Of a stretch of 48,423 nt of DNA, positions 40,962-48,423 are shown piece by piece; within the stretch, counting starts at the first letter, position 1; each line of letters begins with the position of its first letter. The stretch comes from an uncultured Porphyromonadaceae bacterium (GTDB lineage Bacteria > Bacteroidota > Bacteroidia > Bacteroidales > Muribaculaceae). The position numbers were made by a program, and so were the translations under genes. Where the stretch lies: positions 1 through 48,423 of the forward strand of contig CABRZA010000001.1 in the NCBI GenBank assembly GCA_902475285.1, given 5' to 3'. Below the pieces are notes generated by a model. That model was not told the DNA's origin. It was given only the letters and a program-made list of their open reading frames with translations, and did no database searches.

Positions 40962-41590
40962 TTTCCGAAGACGACTACATCGACGCACACATCGACGCCG
41001 AACCTCCAGCCCTCCGCGCCCTCCGACGCCGAACGCACCTCGAGCGGCTATACCCCCGCATGTGCACCGACCACGCCCAGGGCCGCCTCCTCGTTATGCT
41101 CGCGCAGCTCATCGCCCCACGGCGCATTCTCGAACTCGGCACCTTCACCGGCTATTCCACACTCTGCCTCGCCGAAGGCATGCCCGAAGGCTGCCGCATC
41201 GACACCGTCGAAATCGATGACGTCTATGCCGACGACCTCCGACGCACACTCGCCGATTCGCCTCGCGGTGCCGACATAACCATCCACATAGGCGACGCCG
41301 AGGCCCTCCTCCCCGACCTCCTCGCCCGCAACGCATACGACCTCGTCTTCATCGACGCCAACAAGCGCCGCTACCCCGAATACCTCGACCTCATCCGCCC
41401 CGCGCTTGCGCCCGGCTCCTACATCCTCGCCGACAACACCCTTTGGGCCGACAAAGTGTGCGACCCCGAAGCCACCGATCCCCAGACCCTCGGCATTCGC
41501 CGATTCAACGACCTCGTCGCCGCCGACCCCACCCTCTCCGTCGTAATAATCCCCGTCCGCGACGGCCTCACCCTCATCAGAGTTCTCTGA
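40958..41590 (+). CDS. Class I SAM-dependent O-methyltransferase (YrrM/CCoAOMT-like)
   Basis: QGRLL, ILELGTFTGYS, DLVFIDANKRRY, LADNTLW, IPVRDGLT. Confidence 0.9.
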   Translation: MISEDDYIDAHIDAEPPALRALRRRTHLERLYPRMCTDHAQGRLLVMLAQLIAPRRILELGTFTGYSTLCLAEGMPEGCRIDTVEIDDVYADDLRRTLADSPRGADITIHIGDAEALLPDLLARNAYDLVFIDANKRRYPEYLDLIRPALAPGSYILADNTLWADKVCDPEATDPQTLGIRRFNDLVAADPTLSVVIIPVRDGLTLIRVL

Positions 41591-41617
41591 GCTCTCCGAC
41601 TGCTCTCCCTTTCCGCC

Positions 41618-41658
41618 TGCCAAAATGGCACTTTTCGATAGTTGGCACTTTTTTTGCA
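41618..41658 (+). promoter_or_regulatory. Sigma54-like -24/-12 element with upstream TGCCA-N3-TGGCA palindrome before htpG
   Basis: TGGCAC-N5-TTGCA at 41643-41658; TGCCAAAATGGCA at 41618-41630. Confidence 0.55.
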
Positions 41659-41700
41659 TATAATTGTTATACTCACAGAAACATAAAAAATACAACATAT

Positions 41701-43758
41701 ATGCAAAAAGGCTCAATCGGGGTTACCACAGAGAACATCTTCCCCGTAATCAAGAAATTCCTTTACAGCGACCACGAAATATTCCTCCGTGAACTCGTCT
41801 CCAACGCCGTCGACGCTTCCACCAAGCTCCGCGCACTCGCCAACTTCGGCGAATACACCGGCGAAATAGGCGACCTCAACGTCACCGTTACCGTCGACCC
41901 CGAGGCAGGAACACTCACCGTAAGCGACCGCGGCATAGGCATGGACGCCGACGACATCGAGAAGTACATCAACCAGATTGCATTCTCCGGAGCCGAAGAC
42001 TTCCTCAACAAATACAAGGACACCGCGGCCAACATCATCGGCCACTTCGGCCTCGGCTTCTACTCCGCCTTCATGGTGGCAAAGAAAGTCGTTATCGAAA
42101 GCCTCAGCTACCGCGACGGCGCACAGGCCGTGCGATGGGAGTGCGACGGCTCCCCCGAGTACCAGATGGGCGAAGGCTCGCGAAAAGACCGAGGCACCGA
42201 CATTATCCTCTACATCGACGACGACAGCCGCGAGTTCCTCGACCAGCAGCGCGTCGACATGCTCCTCCGCAAGTACTGCCGCTTCCTCCCCGTACCCGTC
42301 ATCTCTGGCAAGGAGCGCGAGTGGAAAGACGGCAAGTGGGTCGACACCGACCGCCCACTCGTAATCAACAGCACCGAGCCCGAGTGGACCAAGAAAGCAA
42401 CCGAACTCACCGACAGCGACTACCTCAACTTCTACCAGCAGCTCTACCCCGGAAGCGAGGAACCCATGTTCTGGATACACCTCAACGTCGACTACCCCTT
42501 CCACCTCACCGGCATACTATACTTCCCCAAAATTCAGAACAACTTCGACATCAACCGCAACCGAATCCAGCTCTACTGCAACCAGGTCTTCGTCACCGAC
42601 TCCGTCGAGGGCGTCGTGCCCGAGTTCATGCAGCTGATGCAGGGCGTTATCGACTCCCCCGACATTCCCCTCAACGTATCACGCTCCTACCTCCAGGCCG
42701 ACACCGCCGTCAAGAAAATATCCGGCTACATCACCAAGAAAGTTGCCGCACGCCTCGACGAAATGTTCCGCAACGACCGCGCCGAATTCGAGAAGAAGTG
42801 GGACGACATCCGCATATTCATCGTCTACGGCATGATGACCGACGAGAAGTTCGGCGAAGCAGCACGCAAGTTCTGCCTCCTAAAAGACACCGAAGGCCGC
42901 TACTACACATTCGACGAATACAAGACCCTCGTAGAGGCCGCTCAGACCGACGCCGACGGTAAGGTCGTATACCTCTACACCACCGACCCCACAGCACAGT
43001 ACAACTACATCAAGGCCGCCAACGAACGCGGTTACAACGTGCTCGTACTCGACGGACAGCTCGACAACCACTTCGTCGGATACCTCGAGAACAAGCTCGA
43101 CGGCGTAACACTCGTCCGCGTCGACGCCGACGTCACCGACAACCTCATCCGCCGCGGCGACCGAAAGGCTGCCGACCTCGGCGCTACCGACATGGCCATC
43201 CTCTCGCGCCTCTTCGAGCTCGCCGCACGCAAGGTCGACAAAGCCAGCTTCATGGTGCAGTTCGAAACCCTCGCCACCGACGCCGACCCCGTCGTCCTCA
43301 CCCAGAACGAATACATGCGCCGCATGAAGGAAATGGCCGCTATGCAGCCCGGCATGAACCTCTACGGCGAGCTCCCCGACAGCTACAACCTCGTGGTCAA
43401 CACCGCCAGCCCGCTCGTCGACAGCGTCCGCAAGGAAGCTCACGACGCACTCGCCGCTACCGTCGAGCCTCTGCTCGCCGACATCGCAAAGGGCAACGCC
43501 GACGCCGAGGCCGCACGCAAGGCCATGCAGGAAGCACCCGCAGCCGAAGGCTCAGCCGACCTCAACCGCGTGGCACTCGACGACGCCGAGAAAGCCGTCG
43601 CCGACGCACGCGCCAAGCTCGAGGCCGCTGTCGACGCCTACGCACCCTCCGCTCCCCGCGCAAGCCAGCTCGTCGACCTCGCTCTCCTGGCCAACAACCT
43701 CCTCCGCGGGCAGGCCCTAAGCGCCTTCATCGCCCGCTCCCTCAACCTCATGAAGTAA
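41701..43758 (+). CDS. htpG: Hsp90 chaperone HtpG
   Basis: LYSDHEIFLRELVSNAVDA, DRGIGM, IGHFGLGFYSAFMVA, GVIDSPDIPLNVSRSYLQ. Confidence 0.97.
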   Translation: MQKGSIGVTTENIFPVIKKFLYSDHEIFLRELVSNAVDASTKLRALANFGEYTGEIGDLNVTVTVDPEAGTLTVSDRGIGMDADDIEKYINQIAFSGAEDFLNKYKDTAANIIGHFGLGFYSAFMVAKKVVIESLSYRDGAQAVRWECDGSPEYQMGEGSRKDRGTDIILYIDDDSREFLDQQRVDMLLRKYCRFLPVPVISGKEREWKDGKWVDTDRPLVINSTEPEWTKKATELTDSDYLNFYQQLYPGSEEPMFWIHLNVDYPFHLTGILYFPKIQNNFDINRNRIQLYCNQVFVTDSVEGVVPEFMQLMQGVIDSPDIPLNVSRSYLQADTAVKKISGYITKKVAARLDEMFRNDRAEFEKKWDDIRIFIVYGMMTDEKFGEAARKFCLLKDTEGRYYTFDEYKTLVEAAQTDADGKVVYLYTTDPTAQYNYIKAANERGYNVLVLDGQLDNHFVGYLENKLDGVTLVRVDADVTDNLIRRGDRKAADLGATDMAILSRLFELAARKVDKASFMVQFETLATDADPVVLTQNEYMRRMKEMAAMQPGMNLYGELPDSYNLVVNTASPLVDSVRKEAHDALAATVEPLLADIAKGNADAEAARKAMQEAPAAEGSADLNRVALDDAEKAVADARAKLEAAVDAYAPSAPRASQLVDLALLANNLLRGQALSAFIARSLNLMK

Positions 43759-43814
43759 CCCCCCCCGCCCCCTGCATTATGCGGGGGGCTCAATCGGCAA
43801 TTTCCGGCAGCGTG

Positions 43815-43856
43815 GTAGGGGTGCAATATATTGCGCCCGCCCAGGCTTTACAATCT
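43815..43856 (+). repeat. GTAG-REP-like palindromic repeat, copy A
   Basis: GTAG-GGGTGCAATATATTGCGCCC-GCCCAGGC...; 39/42 identical to 48356-48397. Confidence 0.8.
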
Positions 43857-43894
43857 CCCCCCTACCGCCTCCCGCCATTAATTATTGTTAATTA

Positions 43895-43926
43895 TTTGCG
43901 CACCCACATCCCATTCCATATCTTTG
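43895..43926 (+). promoter_or_regulatory. Bacteroidetes promoter for the leader/pheA operon
   Basis: TTTG 43895-43898, 20-nt spacer, TATCTTTG 43919-43926. Confidence 0.78.
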
Positions 43927-43945
43927 CACCTCAAAGACACAAGTT

Positions 43946-44023
43946 ATGAACGCCAACCGCTTCTATCACTACTCCTTTTTTTACTTTTACCCCAACGGTA
44001 GAAGCGAGGCTGCGCGCAGATAA
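43946..44023 (+). CDS. Phe/Tyr-rich attenuator leader peptide MNANRFYHYSFFYFYPNGRSEAARR
   Basis: ATG 20 nt after the -7 box; 4 Phe + 4 Tyr among codons 6-15; directly upstream of the Phe/Tyr operon. Confidence 0.85.
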   Translation: MNANRFYHYSFFYFYPNGRSEAARR

Positions 44024-44056
44024 TCAGTGACTTTCACAACCCAATCCATATTCATC

Positions 44057-44097
44057 ACGCTTGCCCCGCTTCTGCTTAGGCAAGCGTTTTTATTTTG
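44057..44097 (+). terminator. Attenuator terminator hairpin
   Basis: ACGCTTGCC (44057-44065) / GGCAAGCGT (44079-44087) followed by TTTTATTTT; alternative pairing with 43998-44010. Confidence 0.8.
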
Positions 44098-44102
44098 AAG
44101 AG

Positions 44103-44972
44103 ATGACACCCACAAAGCCCTTGAAAGTTGCCGTGCAAGGCGTGGAAGGCTGCTTCCACGACGCCGCAGCCCACGACTGTTTCGCCAGCCGCGAACTCGA
44201 CATAAAAGGCTGCGACACCTTCGCCGACCTCTTCGACGCCCTCGACGCCGACCCCACCATGCTCGGCCTGGCGGCATTCGAAAACACCATCGCCGGCAGC
44301 ATACAGGGTAACTACGAACTCCTCCGCCGGGCCGACCTCCGCATCGTGGGCGAGCACAAGATGCGCATATCCCACACCCTCTGTGCCCTCCCAGGCACGC
44401 GCCTCGAAGATATCACCGAGGTCCACAACCACCCCATGGCACTCATGCAGTGCGAGGCATGGCTGCGCCGGCATCCCCGCATGAAGATGGTGGAGGACTT
44501 CGACACCGCCGGCAGCGCACGCCACATTGCCCGCAATCGAATCGCTGGCCATGCCGCCGTCTGCAGTAGATATGCCGCCGAGCTCTACGGCCTCCAAATC
44601 CTCGCCGACGGCATCGAGACCGTGAAACAAAACTACACCCGCTTCCTCGTCCTGGCACACCCCGGCGCCGACCTCCCCCTCCACGAAGGCAAAGTCGACA
44701 AGGCATCCGTCGTCTTCACCCTCCCCCACACACGCGGCGCACTCTCAAAGGTCCTCGCTATACTCGCATTCTACGACATCGACCTATCAAAAATACAGTC
44801 GGCGCCAATCGTGGGCCGCTGCTGGGAATACCGATTCTACGTCGACCTCACCTTCGACGACCCCCTCCGCTACCGCAGCGCCATCGACGCCGTTATGCCT
44901 CTCATTTCCGATTTCAAACTCATGGGCGAATACCACGGCGTGGACGAACCCGACCAAATCTCCTCTATATGA
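44103..44972 (+). CDS. pheA: Prephenate dehydratase with ACT domain
   Basis: VAVQGVEGCFH, ENTIAGS, HPMALMQC, DTAGSA, NYTRFL, LSKIQS.P, YRFYVD. Confidence 0.92.
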   Translation: MTPTKPLKVAVQGVEGCFHDAAAHDCFASRELDIKGCDTFADLFDALDADPTMLGLAAFENTIAGSIQGNYELLRRADLRIVGEHKMRISHTLCALPGTRLEDITEVHNHPMALMQCEAWLRRHPRMKMVEDFDTAGSARHIARNRIAGHAAVCSRYAAELYGLQILADGIETVKQNYTRFLVLAHPGADLPLHEGKVDKASVVFTLPHTRGALSKVLAILAFYDIDLSKIQSAPIVGRCWEYRFYVDLTFDDPLRYRSAIDAVMPLISDFKLMGEYHGVDEPDQISSI

Positions 44973-46135
44973 CAACCATCAAACCTGCACGCCGCCTCGA
45001 CAATGTAGGCGAATACTACTTTTCGCGCAAGCTCAAAGAGATAGCGCACCTCAACGCCGAGGGCGCCGACATCGTGTCGCTCGGCATCGGTGGTCCCGAC
45101 CTTCCGCCGCCTCCCGCCGCTGTCGATGCTGCCGTCGACTGCCTGCGCCAACCCCACACCCACGGCTACCAGATGACCGTCGGCCGAGCCGAACTCCGCC
45201 GAGCCTTCGCCGACTGGTACGAGCGCATCTACGGCGTCGCTGGACTCGACCCCGACACCCACATCCTCCCTCTCATAGGCTCTAAGGAAGGCATCATAAA
45301 CATCGCCATGGCATTCGCCGACCCCGGCGACGCAGTCCTCGTCCCCGACCCGGGCTACCCTACCTACACCTCCGCCTCACGCCTCGCAGGCGCAGAAGTC
45401 ATCACCTACGGGCTATCCGAAGACCGCGGATGGCTCCCCGACTTCGACGCCCTCGAGCGCCTCCCCCTCGGCCGCGTCAAAATCATGTGGGTCAACTATC
45501 CCCACATGCCCACCGGCACCCCCGCACGACGCGATGTATTCGAGCGCCTCGTCGACTTCGGCCGACAACACAACATCCTCATCGTCAACGACAACCCCTA
45601 CAGCCTCATCCTCAACCCAGAGCCCCTCAGCATTCTCTCCGTCGACGGCGCCGACGGCATTGCCCTCGAAATGAACTCCCTCAGCAAATGCCTCAACATG
45701 GCCGGATGGCGTGTGGCCATGCTCGCCGGCAACGCCGACCTCGTCCGCACCGTCCTCCGCGTCAAGAGCAACATCGACTCGGGACAGCCCCTCGCCATGA
45801 TGGAAGGCGCCGTCGCCGCACTCGCCCAACCCCGCGTGTGGTACGACGCCCTCAACGACACCTACCGCCGCCGTCAGGCCCTGGCCGCACGCGTAATGGA
45901 CACCCTCGGCTGCCGCTGCACCCCGGGCCAGCAGGGGCTCTTCCTCTGGGGACGCATCCCCGACACCTGCCCCTCGGCCGAAGCACTAAGCGACGACGTC
46001 CTCGCACGCGCACGCGTCTTCATTACCCCCGGATTCATTTTCGGCCACGCAGGGCGCCGCTACATCCGTGTCTCCCTCTGCGAGCCCGAAGAAACTATCA
46101 CCAAAGCACTTAACCGAATACAACAATGTCTATAA
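44969..46135 (+). CDS. PLP-dependent class I/II aminotransferase (likely the aromatic amino-acid step)
   Basis: GSKEG, PDPGYPTY, NYPHMPTG, NDNPY, SLSK..NMAGWR; operon context. Confidence 0.88.
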   Translation: MTTIKPARRLDNVGEYYFSRKLKEIAHLNAEGADIVSLGIGGPDLPPPPAAVDAAVDCLRQPHTHGYQMTVGRAELRRAFADWYERIYGVAGLDPDTHILPLIGSKEGIINIAMAFADPGDAVLVPDPGYPTYTSASRLAGAEVITYGLSEDRGWLPDFDALERLPLGRVKIMWVNYPHMPTGTPARRDVFERLVDFGRQHNILIVNDNPYSLILNPEPLSILSVDGADGIALEMNSLSKCLNMAGWRVAMLAGNADLVRTVLRVKSNIDSGQPLAMMEGAVAALAQPRVWYDALNDTYRRRQALAARVMDTLGCRCTPGQQGLFLWGRIPDTCPSAEALSDDVLARARVFITPGFIFGHAGRRYIRVSLCEPEETITKALNRIQQCL

Positions 46136-47250
46136 CAGATCTTCTCCCCCTCTTCGCCGACGACATCGCCGCCGACCCCTCCCGACCCATGATTATCGCC
46201 GGCCCGTGCAGCGCCGAAAGCCTACAACAGACCCTCGAAACCGCCCGCGCTCTCGCAGCTCAGGGCGTCCGCGTATTCCGCGCAGGCGTGTGGAAACCCC
46301 GCACAAAGCCCGGAGGCTTCGAAGGCATAGGCTCCCCGGCCCTCGAATGGCTCGCTCAGGTAAAGGCCGAAACCGGCATGCTCACCGCTACCGAGGTCGC
46401 CACCGAGCGGCACGTCCACGAAGCTCTCCATGCCGGCGTCGACGTCCTTTGGCTCGGCGCACGCACATCGGCCAACCCCTTTGCCGTCCAGGAGATAGCC
46501 GACGTCCTCGCCTCCCTGCCCGCCGACGTCCGACGCCGCATCACCGTCCTCGTAAAGAACCCCGTCAACCCCGACCTCGAGCTCTGGATAGGTGCCCTCG
46601 AGCGCATCTACGGAGCTGGCATACGCCGCCTCGGTGCCATTCACCGAGGTTTCAGCTCCTACGGAAAGCACCTCTACCGCAACCCGCCCAAGTGGCGCAT
46701 ACCAATCGAGCTCCACCGTCGCCTCCCGTGCCTCCCACTAATATGCGACCCCAGCCACATCGGAGGCGCACGCGAACTCATAGCACCACTCTCGCAGCAG
46801 GCCCTCGACATGAACTACGACGGCCTCATAATCGAAACCCACTGCCGCCCCGACGAAGCCCTCAGCGACAAGGCTCAGCAAATCACCCCCGACACCCTCG
46901 CCCTCATCGCCGGTACCCTCAAAATGCCTCAGCAGGGGCAAGGCACCACCACCGAGAGCCTCACAATGCTCCGACAGCAGATCGACCGCATCGACTCCGA
47001 ACTCCTCGAACTCCTCGCAAAGCGAATGCGCGTGGCCCGCGACATCGGCCGATACAAAAGCGAGCACTCCATGCCCGTCGTCCAGCCCGGTCGCTACAAC
47101 AGCCTCATGGAGCAGCGCGCCGCACAGGCCGACAAACTCGAAATGAGCCGCGAATTCGTCGCAACGGTCCTCGCCGCCATCCACGAGGAGTCCGTGCGCC
47201 AGCAGCTCGAAATTTGCACCGGTTCAACCCTCGACCCTTCCGAATCATGA
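46126..47250 (+). CDS. Bifunctional DAHP synthase / chorismate mutase type II
   Basis: IAGPCSAES, RAGVWKPRT, GART, CDPSH, GLIIETH...ALSD; C-terminal LRQQIDRIDSELLELL..RM chorismate mutase. Confidence 0.92.
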   Translation: MSITDLLPLFADDIAADPSRPMIIAGPCSAESLQQTLETARALAAQGVRVFRAGVWKPRTKPGGFEGIGSPALEWLAQVKAETGMLTATEVATERHVHEALHAGVDVLWLGARTSANPFAVQEIADVLASLPADVRRRITVLVKNPVNPDLELWIGALERIYGAGIRRLGAIHRGFSSYGKHLYRNPPKWRIPIELHRRLPCLPLICDPSHIGGARELIAPLSQQALDMNYDGLIIETHCRPDEALSDKAQQITPDTLALIAGTLKMPQQGQGTTTESLTMLRQQIDRIDSELLELLAKRMRVARDIGRYKSEHSMPVVQPGRYNSLMEQRAAQADKLEMSREFVATVLAAIHEESVRQQLEICTGSTLDPSES

Positions 47251-48032
47251 AAATTCTAATCCTCGGAGCCGGAAAGATGGGCTCCTTCTTCTGCGACATC
47301 CTCTCCTTCAACCACGACGTCGCCGTCTACGACCGCGACCCGCAGCGCCTACGCTTCCTCTACAACTGCCGGCGCTTCGCCTCGCTCGACGAGGTCGACG
47401 CCTTCGACCCCGACATGGTGATCAACGCCGCCACCGTCCGCTACACCCTCGACGCCTTCCGTCAGGTTCTCCCCCACATACGCCCCGACGCTCTCCTCGC
47501 CGACATTGCATCCGTCAAGGAAGGCCTCCCGGCCTTCTACGCCGGGGCCGGACACCCCTACGTGTCCACCCACCCCATGTTCGGCCCCACCTTCGCCTCC
47601 CTCTCCAACCTCGCCGATGAAAACGCAATCATCATCACCGAAGGCAACTCCGAAGGCATAGCCTTCTTCGAAAACCTCTACACCGGGCTCGGCCTCCACA
47701 TCGAGCGCTACACCTTCGACGGCCACGACCGCGTCATAGCCTACTCCCTGTCCGTACCATTCGCCTCATCGCTCGTCTTCGGATCCGCCATGGAGCCGCA
47801 GCCCGCGCCAGGCACCACCTTCAAGCGACACCTCGCCATAGCCCGGGGCCTCATGAGCGAAGACGACTACCTCCTGAGCGAAATCCTCTTCAACCCACGC
47901 AGCGCAGCCCAGCTCGCACGAATCAGCGCCGCCCTCGAAGACCTCCGCCTCATCATCGAGCGCCGCGACTCGGAGGCCATGACCGCCTTCCTCCACCGCG
48001 TCCGCCAAAACCTCCGCCCCGCCATCCGCTGA
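47247..48032 (+). CDS. tyrA: Prephenate dehydrogenase
   Basis: MKILILGAGKMG, DIASVK, HPMFGP, HDRVIAYSL; ATGA overlap with the upstream gene. Confidence 0.9.
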   Translation: MKILILGAGKMGSFFCDILSFNHDVAVYDRDPQRLRFLYNCRRFASLDEVDAFDPDMVINAATVRYTLDAFRQVLPHIRPDALLADIASVKEGLPAFYAGAGHPYVSTHPMFGPTFASLSNLADENAIIITEGNSEGIAFFENLYTGLGLHIERYTFDGHDRVIAYSLSVPFASSLVFGSAMEPQPAPGTTFKRHLAIARGLMSEDDYLLSEILFNPRSAAQLARISAALEDLRLIIERRDSEAMTAFLHRVRQNLRPAIR

Positions 48033-48095
48033 AGCTCGGCGCAAGGACAAAACCCGCTCGCTGAAGCTCGAGAGAGTATTGCAAAGCAGGCGTTT

Positions 48096-48255
48096 GTAGG
48101 GTCGCGCCTTCGGCAGGGCACGGCCTTGGCCGTGCATAAGCCGCATAGCGGCGACATTTTTGTAGGCACGGGCGTAAGCCCGTGTATATCAGCAAAAAGA
48201 GCGAACGAGCCGCGTAGCGGCGGCACTTTTTCCCGAGCGGGTGTGAGCCCGCTCG
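48096..48255. repeat. Cluster of REP-like short palindromes
   Basis: GCACGGCCTTGGCCGTGC 48118-48135; AGCCGCATAGCGGC 48139 and AGCCGCGTAGCGGC 48208; CACGGGCGTAAGCCCGTG 48167-48184; CGAGCGGGTGTGAGCCCGCTCG 48234-48255. Confidence 0.7.
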
Positions 48256-48282
48256 TCGTTCAGATGGGCACGCTGATGGTAT

Positions 48283-48423
48283 GAGGGTGTTGCAAAACTC
48301 AAAATTGTGCAGAAATTATTCTCGGATCGCCATTCAAAGTACTGATTAGCAACGAGTAGGGGCGCAATATATTGCGCCCGCCCAGGCTGTACATTCTAAA
48401 AACATCTATTTTGCAACACCCCC
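48283..48423. mobile_element. MITE-like element of about 140 bp with terminal inverted repeats, containing GTAG-REP copy B
   Basis: GGGTGTTGCAAAA 48285-48297 / TTTTGCAACACCC 48409-48421 (13-bp perfect IR); no ORF; REP at 48356-48397; window ends at the right repeat. Confidence 0.65.

Noticed and set aside
43767..43789. GC-rich hairpin after htpG as an intrinsic terminator
   Set aside because: Stem present but no U-tract; function uncertain
46068..47246. Apparent long N-terminal extension of TyrA (similar extensions for aroQ, the FAH-like gene, the NigD-like gene and htpG)
   Set aside because: Open-frame run-on across upstream genes; true starts are marked by family N-termini and stop/start overlaps
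48096..48255. Possible CRISPR array or tRNA
   Set aside because: No run of identical repeats with unique spacers, no cas genes, no cloverleaf or T-loop motif

Overview
High-GC Bacteroidales chromosomal window. Gene content and TTTG-N20-TAnnTTTG promoters suggest a Muribaculaceae-like lineage (inference). It holds about 41 mostly housekeeping genes: parC, a DUF3316/S41 peptidase pair, an acyltransferase, cysS, lolD-like ATPase, slyD, a C69 dipeptidase, an AddA-like helicase-nuclease, a wcaJ-like transferase, DUF349, rpsF-rpsR-rplI, nadK, pdxJ-exbB-exbD-tonB, a TIR-Sel1 protein with a GH25 muramidase, two PorU-like C25 sortases flanking rex, a BspA LRR protein, trmB, mrp, aroQ, htpG and a Phe/Tyr biosynthesis operon. 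The best signals fall outside the ORF track: (1) a 25-aa Phe/Tyr-rich leader peptide with alternative terminator/antiterminator pairing before the pheA operon; (2) a sigma54-like -24/-12 box plus a TGCCA-N3-TGGCA palindrome before htpG; (3) a family of GTAG-REP-like repeats, one nested in a MITE-like element at the window end; (4) duplicated sortases, one coupled to a candidate substrate. No rRNA, tRNA, CRISPR array or transposase was seen. All family calls come from motif recognition by eye, not database searches.
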